A stretch of 64,000 bases of DNA. It comes from the human T2T-CHM13v2.0 reference genome, Homo sapiens. The notes beneath the pieces were generated by a model. That model had not been told where the DNA came from and did no database searches. It saw only the letters and a list, made by a program, of their open reading frames with translations. The stretch lies in assembly GCF_009914755.1 (NCBI RefSeq), contig NC_060940.1. One strand, given 5' to 3'. The translations under genes and the position numbers were made by a program. Within the stretch, counting starts at the first letter, position 1, and each line of letters starts with the position of its first letter. Positions 13,256-27,038 of the stretch are shown one piece after another.

Positions 13256-15939
13256 TATGAGCTTGGACAGTGATGGTGACCACAGAGTTGAGTGGAAATT
13301 GCAAGAGATATTTGCATCTCAGAGCTGACAAAACTCATTGTCATAATACATGTGCTTGTGTAGGGGTAGCTATTAAAGTGGAGGGAGATTTTAAGAATCT
13401 GTCTAGTTTTAAGCCTTAGATTAACTGATAGATGTAGTGCCAGAGAGCTGAGAGAAAAGGAACTGTAGGATAGGAAACAAATACTGAGGACAGGATGGTC
13501 AATTCAATTTGAGCTTGTTGAGCTGAAGTGCCTGCAGATTACTCAAGTATGGCTGATCCATTAAACAGTCAAGTACAGGGATAAGGATAGAGGCCCTAAT
13601 TAGAAATAAATTATCAGAATTTTTAGTATTAAAGTAGAAATTGATGCTACTCAACTTCATCCTTCACCCTGTGGCTCCCATGAATTATTTCACTATTCAT
13701 TTTTGGTGGAAGGCATTATTGGCTGTCTATCCAACAGCTGTATCTCTGCCTTCATTCTTTGTTACTGGAAGAACCTCACTTTCGTTTGAGAGTCCACTAT
13801 CTTAAGTCAACTACCCAGAAGTGCAGAAATCAATTCTTGGCCAAAGTTTGGGTCATGTTTGATATAAACCAGTCATGGAGATGTGTCAGTGATGAGCTTA
13901 AGCAGAGGAGACAGTCAGACAAAGCCAGGTTCAACTCCCAGTTCTCACTTACAAATTGTGTCACTTTTGATCAAATTACTTGAACTTACTAAACATCAGG
14001 TAATTAATTTACATGAGGGGATAATAATAATATTACAACTCACTAGCACACTCAATATTGTATGCTTTCTCAAGTCCACACACACTCTGGATGCTAAAGA
14101 GAGGGTGGTGATACACACTCGGTCATAGCCTTCATGAATTTATTGCCATTCCAGGAGTACAATGCCAAAAGTAATGACAATAGAGAAAGATAAATAAATG
14201 TGTTGAGCACAGTTATCTATTAGAATTTATATTTATTCCAAAGAATTAAGGATCAAATTAGATAATGTATGCACATCTCCAAATGCACTGCCTGGCACAC
14301 CATAATTGCTCAATAAATGACCGACACATTGCATTAAGAGTTAGTAAATGGTTGAAAGTTTCACTGTTAAAAGACAGGGCATTAGTAAAACTCCATATCT
14401 GTGTGGTCGTAAAATGTGAGATACTTGGGAATCATGATGATCAGCATATTAAATTGGAGCATTAAATATAATATAATACATAATTTAGCTGATTTGGCAT
14501 TAGAGCTTAGCATTTGGTCATGGAGTTATTTGAATGGCAAATAAGAAATGCTTTAGTATAAAGAAGTTTTGTACACTGCACACACATACATTACATATAT
14601 ATACATTTACATATACATATATATATATCTTTTGCCATTTTCCCTTAGCTTGATAACTTTTACAAAGTAGCTTCGATCAATCTCTAACCAGAAGTGTCAT
14701 CAGTGAATAATGCCATCAGAGTCTTATTAAACATATCCTGCACAAGTATGTCCGGAGCAAAGATAAAGTGTCGACAGGATGATGGAGTTTAGCCTGCAAA
14801 ATTGATTATTTTACTTCCCAACTCTCTAGCCTTTAATTGAAATGGATAGATTTGACGGAGCACCCTTGGCCTTGGCCACAGTGTCTGGCAGAGCCTGAAA
14901 ACTGACACCCTGACTTCTGAAGGCACTGAGCCAGAGGTTTCCATAGGTCAATTCTCCCTCGTCACTCCATCCCATAGCAGAGGATGGGATCAATAGGAAA
15001 TTGGCCAGGTCGCCACTCTGACGCCTTCCATCCTCAGTGCAAGAAAATGGAGCTTACATTACCCCAACAGCAGGGAACAAAATTAGATTTTAGTGGTCAC
15101 TAAAATGTTCCACCACCCATCAAAATCACCCTCACTGGGGCTGGAGGAGGGAAATACAAGTATTCTTGCAGGAAAAAAAGTCTTGGAATTGTTCTTCCAA
15201 GATAATTAACAGATTTCACTCCCACTAAATTGGAAACTGGGCAGTGGGTGAGTGATCCTAACACAGTTTGTTTAAGTTTGGTGCCACATTTTTTACAATG
15301 ATAATCTTTGGAAGCACCAGGCGAATGACGCAGACGAGGCTGAGGAAATGTGTGGTATAGATTAAAAAATGCAGAGGTTGAAAAGGCCATTGGTTCTATG
15401 GAAAGATATGGGATGTACCAGGGAACAAAATAGCTAACTGAACAGGTCCCATCTGCCTGACAAAACAACTTAATGATTTCAGAAGTCTTATCAGCATGCA
15501 ACTTCCTTACGAGTTTCCTTGGTGCACTTGTTCAGGAATATCAACTTAGCCTGGCTTGACCTTTGAAACAAGCACATGTCGGCAGCAGGGTTAGCCCAGT
15601 TGATACACTTGCATAGTAGACAAAAGAACTGTACTCCTCTTATTACTAAAGGCTTATTAGAAGTTTATTGAGGGGAAATAAGACTTAGAGGAAAATATGA
15701 GTGTGTGTGTATACATTTATACACATAGGAATAATTACATTCTGGTAAGTATCACTCAGTCTCCATTATCATTCAATTGTATAGTACATTCTTAGCATTA
15801 TTGGAAAAACAAATCAAACATGCAAAAAAAGCCCAGTGTTTTGGGATAGATTACTCTTGTCACCTCTTTAGTTAGTCAATTATCTGTTCTTAGAGGGCTT
15901 TTAAGATTGTTAATAGATGAATACTACCAGTTGCTTTCT

Positions 15940-16380
15940 TCAACACTTTATGTGCAAAATTTTTTTATCATTTTATTTGCAGTGACAAAAACATGAGAAT
16001 GTGGTTGCAATATATATCTCCAAATATAGTAGAACAATTAATAAATCACAGGGCATTTAATAGATGAAATGTTAGATAGCCATTATAATTTTACATATGA
16101 AGACTTTCTGATGCTGTGGGGAAATGTTAATAATATAAGGTAAATTCGTATGAAGAACTGCATATATCCCCACACACAATACACACCAGATACTTATTTG
16201 TATTTTTACACGAAGGGAACACAAAAGAGCCACATAAAAGTTAGTGTTTTCCCAAAAGTTTAGTAGTGGTTATTTCCAAGCTGAGGAATTATGAGTATCT
16301 TCTTCATATACTTTATTATTTTTAAGTGGCTAGGCATTGAATTTTAAAATAAAAGAAAACGAGAGTCATTTAAAAAAAAG
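15940..16380 (+). mobile_element. Ancient L1ME 3' UTR fragment
   Basis: gaacaattaataaatcacaggg...tagatagccatt...ttagtagtggttatttcc followed by an A-rich end. Confidence 0.5.
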
Positions 16381-17325
16381 CTTTGTAGAAGATAAAGAAT
16401 GCTATAAAGTGTCTTAGTTGTCAAAATCACTGACCTTTTTTCCTAAACCGTAGGAGTTCATTGCTATTATCCCAGCATCCACTGAGAGAGAATCCAGATT
16501 CCTCAGAGGGTGAAATAACTTGCTAGGGTACAACAGTGACTTAGTAATGAGGTCAGTTCTGGACTCTACCCAGGAACACTGAAAGCTGCTGTGAATGGTT
16601 TGGGGTCTTCCACTTCTGTCGTTCAACTGGCTGCTTTATGTTTTGTGACTTGTGGCTCAACAGCCATTGTAAATAACTGCTTCCCTCTCCATGAGAGGCT
16701 TTTATTGGAAGCATTAAGAACCCTACTGGTATAGCTTACTTCATGACATTTTCCAAAGTCACAAGGAGTACGACATGACATTTTACAGGGCTGTGATTTT
16801 GCAAACATGTCTATAAAACATTATTAAAGTTTCTTATTAAACTAGACTAATTTGACTGGGACAACTGGTGGTTTGGAAAGTTTGTTCTTGCATCACAACT
16901 AGGTCTTCTGGTGACTGATTCATGCCTTTATCCTCTGACGAGCCTTTGCCATACCATGGGGCCACTCTGCTTTAGAAGCCAATTCCTTTCAACTTCTCAT
17001 TACATTTGAGGAAAGACACTTACTTGTGCCAAGACATATTTTTAATTAAAGGGAAAAAGAGGGGAGGGATAAATTTATTCAAATCTAGAAAGCCCTTTAA
17101 AAATTTAAAAATTTACCCAAACGGATTTACTAGTAATGAGACTCAATTAACTATAGATGGAGCATTGATGACATTATATGAACATATAGCAAGGTGTTTA
17201 TCAAAATGTGCCCTGATTAGCGTTAAAAATCTATTACACAAAGAAAAATATGTGGCCAAATGCGTTGGGGAACTACTAGGGTAAGCAGAGTTATACACAT
17301 TTATTTACTGCAGGATTTGTCAGGA

Positions 17326-17462
17326 TTCTTTTTTTTTTAACTTTTATGCTCAGGGGTACCTATGAAGGTTTGTTATATAGATAAACTCACATCACGGGGG
17401 TGTGATGTACAAATAATTTTGCTACCCAAGCACTAAGCCTAGTACCCAATAGTTATTTTCTT
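17326..17462 (-). mobile_element. Short L1PA15/16-like 3' end
   Basis: Poly-T then ttttatgctcaggggtac...ggtttgttatatagataaact...ctaagcctagtacccaatagttattt. Confidence 0.8.
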
Positions 17463-17559
17463 TTTGGATTATTTATTTATTTATTTATTTATTTTTGGTC
17501 TTCCGGGAGGAGTCCAGTGCCCTGTAATAGCAGTTGACATCTTTTACTGTAAATTTTGT

Positions 17560-17725
17560 CTTTCTTCTTCTGGAAGCCAATCCTGTCTCCTGATCTTAGG
17601 AGTGAGCACATGACCATGCCTGGTCAATCACAGAGTCCATATAATTTCTTCAACAGTAATTGGTCCAATGGCCAGGCATATGAATCATATAGGCCAATCA
17701 GAGCCTTCCCTGGGATTCTATAGAA
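17560..17725 (+). mobile_element. MLT1 (J/K-like) LTR fragment
   Basis: gcacatgaccatgcctggtcaatca...attggtcc...ggccaatcagagccttccctgggatt. Confidence 0.6.
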
Positions 17726-19460
17726 ATGATGACAGAAGAAACATTCCGTTTCCTTCACCCCCACCCTCTCCAATCCCTTTTCTTGCTATATTTTTTCTCT
17801 TAGCATTTGACATCATCCCGCACACTATGTATGATTTTATTTATTTTGTTTTTTTGTCCATCTTAACATGTAAGCTTCATGAGGGCAGGTGTTTCTGTCT
17901 ATTCTGTTCACTCATGTATTCAGTATGTGGCACATAGTAGGTGCCCAATAAATATTTGTTGCTGAATCTTGACTATATCAATAAGTATGCATAGAGTGTA
18001 CTGTTTCTAAATTTATTTAAAAATAAAACACCTTATCTTCAAGGCATTTGGAGATATTAGTTCTTTGTGAAAATCTTTGTGAAACACTGTATTTATAAGA
18101 GTCCTAATAAAATGTCGGAGTAAACATGAGTACTTTACAAATGAGGAAAATAAGACATTCATAGGTTAATAATTGACCTAAAAGTCCACACTGCACTTGA
18201 AGTTTTTGCATTTGAGCTTTCAGCTCTTCACATTGATTATGCCACCACATAAAGAATGCACATTACATGCCAGACTCAATGATGGGTCTGTCTTCTCTGG
18301 CACACTGTCTAACTAAAACATCAATGTGCCCAGACGGGTCAGGATGGAATCCCCCTTTTGTCCACAAAACTGAGGATATGACATCTCCAAGGCTGCACTG
18401 CCACATGCCCAGGCTATTCCCCAGTTTGCATTTCTAATGCAGAGCAAGTACTGCCTCCAACCTCCATGCCACCTCTCCACCTTTGGAAAGATCTGAATTT
18501 CCCCCAAAGTTATAAAAATTTTATAACTAATAAACCAAAACACATCCTGAAAGTCTGTGTCAAGCAGATGTTACAGGCTGCACTTTCAACATCCATTCAA
18601 CCAATATTTCTTGAGAACTTTCTAGGTGTCAGGTAATACATTAGGCACAGGGGCTGCAAAACGGACATGGTGTCTTTGATGGAAAGTGTAAACTCCAGCA
18701 GAGGAGACAAAGAAAAACACACTAAGTAAATACAATATAAGCTTTGGTGATTGTGATGTTACAAAGAGAAAAACACAATAGAAGATTTCTAAGGAGCTCA
18801 GTTTCAGATGGGCGTCTCTGAGGAGCTTTGCTGTTCTGCTCATCAAAGATAGATAGATGTAGGGATGCAATGCTCAAAAAGAGAAAGAAACTTCAACCAC
18901 GCTAACCCAGCCCTTTAGCCTTTGGGAAACTGACACTAAGATTGATTCTAGAGTTGAATTGTTTTCCTTTTTTCATTAAATAACTAGGTAGCATCAAGGA
19001 GTCCCCCAAAAGGACCGGGCCTTACCACCAAACAGATTTTTTGCTGAACTGAACCTCAGATTTTGATGGGAAGTGCTGTGTTGGAGGTGAATGCCAAGTG
19101 CTTTATGCATGTAATAGCACTGTTCTTCATTATCCATTATTTATCAGCCTGGGGAGACTGGAGGAGAGAGAGCAAGACCCCTCAGCTTAATGTGAAGTCT
19201 TTATCTTTCAGCTTTTTGAGCTCAAATATGCCAACAGAAGCTATTGAATTGCCGTCAGTGAGCACACACATCAATGGCTTGCCAGCTCGCAGCCTGAAAT
19301 GCTCAGGGCCTCAGAGATGAAGCCACAGGAAATTCAATCAGGTTCTTAGGGGAGTTGATGTTGGCAGATATTTTAATTGTAGAGCCATGGGAACAGGTGA
19401 GTGGTGGGCTTAAGGACAAACACTCTCCCTCTGAAGTATTTTAGTCCTTTATTCACAAAA

Positions 19461-19639
19461 CAGAGGTTCTCAACTTTGGCTGCACATTGGTGTCACCTGG
19501 AGAGTTAACAAACAAACAATCAAAAAATCTGATGCCTGAGTCCCACTCCTAGAGAATATGCTTTGTTTGATCTGGGATTGGGAGTTTTCAAAGCCACCCA
19601 GGTGATCCTAATGTGCCATCAGTGCTAAGAACCACTTCT
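19461..19639. mobile_element. MER5B DNA transposon
   Basis: cagaggttctcaactttggctgcacattgg...ccaggtgatcctaatgtgc...agaaccact. Confidence 0.8.
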
Positions 19640-20749
19640 ATAGATGTAGGCATTACAGTGAGGGGCAACTTTGATGTGTGGAGACCTTGCCTTGCCAGCC
19701 TCCACAAAAGATGAATCAATCAATAGGCAGATTTTATTTCACGTGTTCCCATTCCACCATTTTGATAATTTAGTCTCCCTGGTCAATTTACCAATGTTTA
19801 AATCACGGAAATGATAAGGTTTCCAGTTATTTACTTAACAGGTGGGCTTTCTTAGTTGTCTGTTCTAAGGAGGAAGGATGCTACACCAGTTTAAGAAAGA
19901 GGTTATGTAGCCATTGTGTGTCTAACCTGGGTGTTCTCCAGAAGGGTAGAAGAGATGGGAGCCCTGGGGGAAATGAGAAGACCAGAAGGATATTAATCCA
20001 CGATGAATGAAAAGAAACCATCCGTGCAGTAGTTCACAAAACTGTTCAACAGGATTGTTTTTCAACTGTATACCCTATAAATTTGATGTTGAAATACTTT
20101 TATCACAACATAAATGTATTTTCCCACCAAATTATTTAGTTATGGGTCTTTCTATCTGCTACGTAGAGTTTCTTTGCAGAAGGATATCATCGCTGATACA
20201 ATTCCAACCCAAAGCAAAGAAACTCAACTTTGAGTGTGTTCTTGCACAGGTATTAGCCTGAGTGATGACTTCTGCCAAGCTTTTCAAAAAGTGAAAAGTG
20301 GAGGATAGACACACAGCATATTCAGAGACCCCTAGGTCCCCAGAAAGAAATAAGGTAGGCAACAGATATTAATCACCTATCACAGGCCAGGCACTTTGTT
20401 AAAAGATAGGTAACACCATCCTCATTTCATGGGTCAGGAAATTTGGCCTCTGAGAGATCAAGTTATTGGCTCACCAGTCCCAAGGCAGTGAATGGAGCAG
20501 GGAATCAAATTGAGTTCTCTATCTTTCTGTGCTGTTTCTTCTCTTCCATGCTAACCCCTGCGGGAACTTCTGAATTTAGACTTCTATCAGCAAGAGAGAC
20601 TCCTTCTTGGCCCCCAAGGAAGCCACTTTTATTGGGTCTCTGAGATTTCCTCCACCTATCTCTGAGAATGATACCCTGAGATTATAGTCCCAGTTAGAAA
20701 GCTTTTCTTGCTTCAGCTCTGAATGCTTTCAAGTGTGTTGGTCAGGGGA

Positions 20750-20960
20750 GGAGCTCTGACTTCAGGTTGTCTAGGATGTAATATAGCTCCCTAATTCACC
20801 AGCTGTGCTGCCCCTGGCCACTCACTCACCCCTCTGAGCCTCCGTTTCTATCATCTGTGAAGTGGAACAATAATAGTACCTATTAAATAAGGTTTTCATG
20901 AGGATTAAGAGATAATCAAGTTGAACACTCAGCACAGCATGCAGTAAATGACCAGTAGAT
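20750..20960 (+). mobile_element. MIR
   Basis: cctctgagcctccgtttctatcatctgtgaagtggaacaataatagtaccta...atgaggattaa core. Confidence 0.8.
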
Positions 20961-23900
20961 GTCGACCACACCCTTACCACAATCCCCCTCCACCAGGGCC
21001 TGGGTCTCCACTTTTCCTCATACCAGCAGGCAGAGAAACCAATCATTGGCCCCTCTGAGCTTCCCTTGATTAGAGGACTTAGCCCGAGTAGTGCACCGCC
21101 TCCATCACTGCTGTTTCAGCTCCTGCCCTCCTTCTGCATATTGATCCCATCACCTTGCCTCCTCAGCCTCCATTCATATGGAGGCAATGCAATTGCTTAT
21201 TTCAGAATGAGAGTGAAGCAAACTGATTTCTCTGCTTTGAAGAATAGCTGAAACCCCCTCGATTTTATGCGGTGTTAATCAGGCCTGAAAGAAGTGACAG
21301 AAAACCAATAGCCAGGCTTGGAAATCTGCTAGAAAAACACACCATAAAGGCTCATTGGTTTCCTGTGCATAAGTGAGAGCTAAGAGGTTTCTGGAGAGCT
21401 TCAGAAACTGCCGCTTTGATTCCTGCCCAAGCTGGAGCTGGGTAGAAGGGGACGAGGTCCCAGCTCAGACCCCCACTGTCTCTGCCTTGTTGTTGAGGAG
21501 GACAACTGGCTTAGTTCAGAGGTGACTGAAGTCCATGCCCTGTCCCTTCGAATGACTTTTCTAGAACCTATGCCTACACACATCGACATGCCCTGGGCTT
21601 GAACACACAGGTCCAACTTGTGTCTCAGCATAGTGATGTTTCAAAGAATGCCACAGTTGTTAAATTCTAATTAAGACACCAAAAACCCAAATCAAGGTCA
21701 CAACGTCTACTCTTTCGATGACAAGTTCTATATAATAGCAATATCTGCACTGACAATTCCATGTGTAAAACACATCACTGTATACTGTCTCATAAATGGA
21801 AATAGCAGTGATGAGAAGGAGGTGTCCTTACTCAGATAAATGTGCCCCAGTTATTTTTATTTGATTTGATTTATAAAATAAGAGTAGAAATTTCTATTTC
21901 ACAAAAGTATTGTAATGATTAAATGGGGACCTTTTTTCTAATATGTAGTAGCTATTAAATTATATGCCCAATAGAATCTGAACCCAAAGAAACCAACCTT
22001 CATCAAAATCTCACATTCCAGTAGTGGCAAGACTCAGTCTTGAAGGCAAGCCTTCAGAGATCTGCTTACCTTAGTCAATGACTAAAACCTCTGTTAGGAT
22101 TTTGCAGGGCCAATTTGTGTGTTATTTCTACAAGGCAGCAGGGGCAGGAGGGAAAGAGACGCCCGACAGAGGCCTTGGAAAGAAAAGTCTCAGGTGTCAG
22201 CATGTCCAGGTTTGAAGCAGGTTGCATTTGGCACAAACTATGTGAACTTGAACAATTCACTTTTTTCTGAGCCTCAGTTTCCAAATATATAAAGTTTCCC
22301 AGTAATATTTGCCTTGCAAAATTTTTGCAGTGTTTAGGTGCAACAATATGTGTAAAGACACTCTCAGTACTGGGCACACATAGAACAACAGTGTGCCCAA
22401 CTGGAGAGTTTGGATAAACAATGAGAAATGTTAGCTGGAGCAGAAGGGAAGTGTACACATGTGACCTCCCCTCAAGCAGACAAGAGAAAGGGATAGCCCA
22501 AAGCCATGCCACTCAGTATGCGCAAGTCTAAGTCTTCATCAGTTGCACAGATGAAGCCCTACAGTGAACTAGAGAGGACATCAAAGGGGAGGCAAGTTGT
22601 TCCCTAGTTGACCCAGACCACACAGCTGCAAGACCCATGGTGATCTGACCTCTAGAGGAAAATGCAGTCTTAGTACTCCAGGAAGAACCTCATTTTCACT
22701 GTCTATAAGGTAAGGGCAATCTCTATCACTCTTGCAGGGGTTGAAACAGATAACTCATGTAGAGTGAACCAGGCCGACCTCAGTACTAGTCTAGCACATA
22801 GTCAATAAAAATATATATATTTTAATCTACTTTGGATAGGTCCTGTCCTTACTGGAGGTAGGTATAAAACAGGCTCTTCTTAGCGTCAGCTAAGGCTTAA
22901 GTTCCAGCTCTGTTTCTTACCAGCCATATAGCCTTGGGTGAGTCAGTATATCTCCATAAGCTTCCAATTTCTTATTTCTAAAATGGGATTCACAAAAACA
23001 ACAACCATATATCAACAACAATATACACATATATATAAAAACATGGGGATGTTGAGAGCCTTAGGAAATACCTCAAATTATTTAGCACAATAAATATTAG
23101 CATTTATAATGCTACAGATCCTTAAAATACCATATTATATCTAATGTAACTATGGCTAATCTGTTATTATTAGGTATAATGCATAAGGAATACAGTAGCT
23201 GTTAGTTTTGTTTCTGACAGTTTGAAAGAAGAGGCTTTGAAGTTGTCCTTCATTAACCAGACAGTATGCTTACTCAGACAATTCCAGCCCCAATAACCAA
23301 AATGTAGAAGCAGGAGGAATCTCTTGAGGCACCCAGAAAAGGAGATAAAGACAGATACCTGGAGCCCATTGGATGTCAAAGAGAATTGGGTAAAAACCTG
23401 GAGGGCAGTTGCTGTGTCTGTTAAATTCCTGCAATCAAATAATGATAACCTACTGAGGATGGAAGCCAAAGGAATTTTCCATAATTCTAGTACCAGATGG
23501 GATTTGGACACACATCTAGTATGGGATTTGGACACACACCTATTTTATTATGTCTAGTACCATAAAATTAAAATGGGAGCATAGATGCCACATTCTCAAG
23601 GATCGCGAGGACCTCTGTCATCTGGCTGCAGGGCCAGATGTATGTAGCAAGCTCCTGGGCCACAGGAAATCCTTCAGCAGTTTCAGAGAGTTCAAGGCTC
23701 CTCTGAGCTCACTGAGTGGGACAGGGCTTTGTGAGCATCTATAGAGCCACAACAGAGTCTTAACTCTCATCTATCTCTAGGGTAAACATATTTAATTGGC
23801 CCTCTTTCACCTCCATACAGACAAGAATCAGTCCTCTGTGCCCACTTTCGCTTGAGATTCAAAATACTTTTTCCTGTTTCAAAAAATCATAGGTGTTGAG

Positions 23901-25289
23901 AGATAGTCTGCCTTAACCTTCTTGATTTACAGAGAATAACATTTTTTCCAAAACATTTTCCAATAGTGTCCTAAGCCATTGGCATAAATACCTCATATGT
24001 TCCTGATATGGATCCTAGATGACAATTATCAGTATTTGGATAGAGGATAGAGTTTGGATATTGGAGACAGACTGATGTGTGTCCAAATCCTGGTGCTTCC
24101 ACTTTCAAGATGGATTAATTCAACTTCTCATGTCTTAGTTTACCCGTCACTACCCTAGGCACTGGGTATATAATGGAGCATGAAATGGACATGGCTTCTT
24201 CCTGCATGAAGCTTAAAGTCTAGCTAGGACAGATGAGCCATAAATAAGTAAACAAATGTATAAATCTAGAGTTATAAATTAGTGAAGTACTCAAATGATA
24301 ATAAGCAGATTGCTATGATTTAGATTAAGGGAGAAGACAATCTATTCTGCTAAGATCTCCCTGCATGAGTGGCGATATTGCAACTGAGACTTGAAGAGGG
24401 AAATAGAGCCTGCTAGGGAAATGCTGGAGGATGCTAGCTGGCCTGCCAGTCTGGAGGGGAGAATGACCCTACATAGGATACATCTGCCAGTCCCTAGCAC
24501 CCCTTCTGATACAAAGTTCTGCTCAATAATCTGAATAATAATAACTGAATCTGAAATTTACTTTCCAATCAATCAAGCTTAGACCCAGAATTGACTATGA
24601 GAATTACCCAGGCTTAATAATTCATGGAGGAGGAGGAGAAAACTTTCCCACCCCCTCCTTCTACAGTCAAATCCCACTGACATCACCACCAGTGTCAGTT
24701 GCCTGGGAAAGTGTCACACAGATTGACAAATGTGGAGTCACAAAGCAAAGGAGGTGGGGAGACTGGACCCCACCCAAGTTATCCTGACACCGGGGCTGCA
24801 GTTCTCCAAGTGCCCTCTCCCAGGGATTGCAATCCCTCAAGGCAATTCACCTTCTTGGAGTAGATCCTCCCCATCACTATCCACACCCCCCAGCACATTT
24901 TTAAAATAAAATCTTATTTTTATTTCTACTTTTTGTCTATTTCAACCTGAATTTAAGTTGACTAAGTCTAGGCTGTCCTAAAGCCGTCTGAGCTGGGCTT
25001 CATTCAGGAGTGGGGCCTGGGAGAAGAAACTGCTCCAGTGCAGAATCAGAGACCCTTCGGGGTGCTGGGTCCGGGGTCTTGGAAATCTGGTGGTGGTGTC
25101 GGGGGTGGCTATGGTATAGATGTCTGGGTGCTGAGCGCAATGCTGACTCAACCAGAAAGAAGTTGCTGCTGGAATGAATTATGTGTCTGTGATTTCGCAG
25201 AGGCGCCATAAACCAAACAACACCCAATGGTGTTATGGGGTCCCTTTAAATTTATAGCCTGCCCCCTGCGGAGTGGTCTACCAGATTAG

Positions 25290-25800
25290 GATGCAGGAAG
25301 GGAGAGAGAGTGAGTGTGTGCATTTTGAGAGCAGAGAGACAATGAGACAGGGCAGAATTGTTAGAAACATGAGGAACCACAGTGAAAAGAGGTGCAGTGA
25401 CAAAAAGAAAAATTACAGTGAGCAAGGGAAAGAGTGGGATAGAGGAAAAGATTGAAAAATAGAAATAAGTCTGAAACACAGACAAAAATAGCCAGACAAA
25501 ATCATGAAGTCAGAGAAAGTGAGTAAGACATTAAAGGAGAGACAGAAAGAGAAAGAAAACAGATAGATGGGAAAACATTCCTGAAAAATTCAGTTAAAGA
25601 AAAGGAGAAAAGCTGAGAGTCAGAGAGGGAAATGGAGAGAAAAGAGGTGGAGAAAAGCAAAGAGGAAAGAGAACAGGAGAAAAAAAAGAAATGTAGAGAA
25701 AAGAGGTGAAGAAAAGCAAAGAGGAAAGAGAACAGGAGAGAAAAGAAAGAAAAAAGACTACAGCCTAGAGAGAGAAGGAGAAACAGAGTCAGCAACAGAG
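25290..25800 (+). repeat. Long purine-rich (GA) tract containing a 59-bp tandem duplication
   Basis: Strongly A/G-biased; unit gaaatg(g/t)agagaaaagaggtg(g/a)agaaaagcaaagaggaaagagaacaggaga occurs at 25629 and 25688. Confidence 0.85.
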
Positions 25801-26679
25801 AAACACAATTACAGAGCTACAAACATAGAGACTAAGGTACAGACAGGAAGGCTGCACAAGAGGCAATGAAGCAAAGACATCCAAATAGACAGAGGAAGCT
25901 GCAAGGAGGAACAGGCAGCTACAGGGAGAGAGATACACACCGAAAGACACCAGAGACAGAAAGACCCCGGAAGACCCCACAGCAACTGCAGAAACCAGTG
26001 CTGACAACGTGTTTTTGGGGTGTGCAGCTGATGAGACCTGAGATGGTCCCAGCTTCTGCTCTGGCTGGGAATGGCCCATGTGGGTTTGCAATAACAGGAT
26101 CCCTTTAATGAAAAAACTCCAACTCATAAATGGTGTCTGCTAAAAGGGCCTCTTTTGCTTTCTTGGAAATGGAAGTGGGAGTTACTTGATATTGCTTTTC
26201 TGAGAAACAGGTATATGTGTCAAAAAATGGCCCTTTCCAGCATCTAAAAGAAAACGCCAGCCATTTTCTACCTCAGATGATTTTTTTTTCCTTTTATTAT
26301 TACAACTCGCTACTCTGAGTGGATGTGTTTTGAATGTCTGTAGCAATTCTTTTCCCATTAGATTTCCGGATAACACCTACCGCAAGGGAAATGCAATTTT
26401 TTTGCCCTGTGAATCGTTTATGTCCTCATCAAAATATGTCTTTAACAACACCCTAGGAGGTGATTTTCAAAAGAACTTTCCAGTGTGAAGATTTTTAAAA
26501 ATCCCCTCCTCTGTCTCTCCAGTTATCAGTTAAAGAAATAAAAATAAAAAACAATTCCCTCCTAAACTCTCTGCAGTCCCTAGAAGGAGAAAGTAACACT
26601 GACTTGGGAGCATTTAGCTCACATAATTTTGTGTTTTCTTTAATATATACAATACATATTTACCACTTATTAAATTTTA

Positions 26680-26815
26680 GTCCTGTGCCAGGCACTTTGC
26701 AGAAAGTATCAAATTTAATCTTTCCTGCAATATTGGCAGAGGTATTATTGTCCCCATTTCACAGAGAAGGAGACTGTGGTTGAAAAAGGATAAGTAACTA
26801 GCTGGAGGCCATGGT
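26680..26815 (-). mobile_element. MIR fragment (left arm of the palindrome)
   Basis: tgtgccaggcactttgc...tattattgtccccatttcacagagaaggagactg...aagtaact. Confidence 0.75.
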
Positions 26816-27038
26816 GTTAACAATGACATCTCTAACATATGCAATAGTAATATGCCACACATGTATGCAACATTGCAATATTAGATACTATTGCAATATA
26901 TGCAATATATTGCATATCTAATATATGCAGTATTATTACTATTGCATATTATTACTATTGTATATATTAGAGATGTCATTATTATTAGCCCCGTGGCCTC
27001 TGGCTAGTTACTTATCCTTTTTGAACTTCAGTCTCCTT
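26767..27038. repeat. Fold-back palindrome, about 270 bp
   Basis: aaggagactgtggttgaaaaaggataagtaactagc...gctagttacttatcctttttgaacttcagtctcctt; perfect 20-bp palindrome atatgcaatatattgcatat at 26898-26917. Confidence 0.92.
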
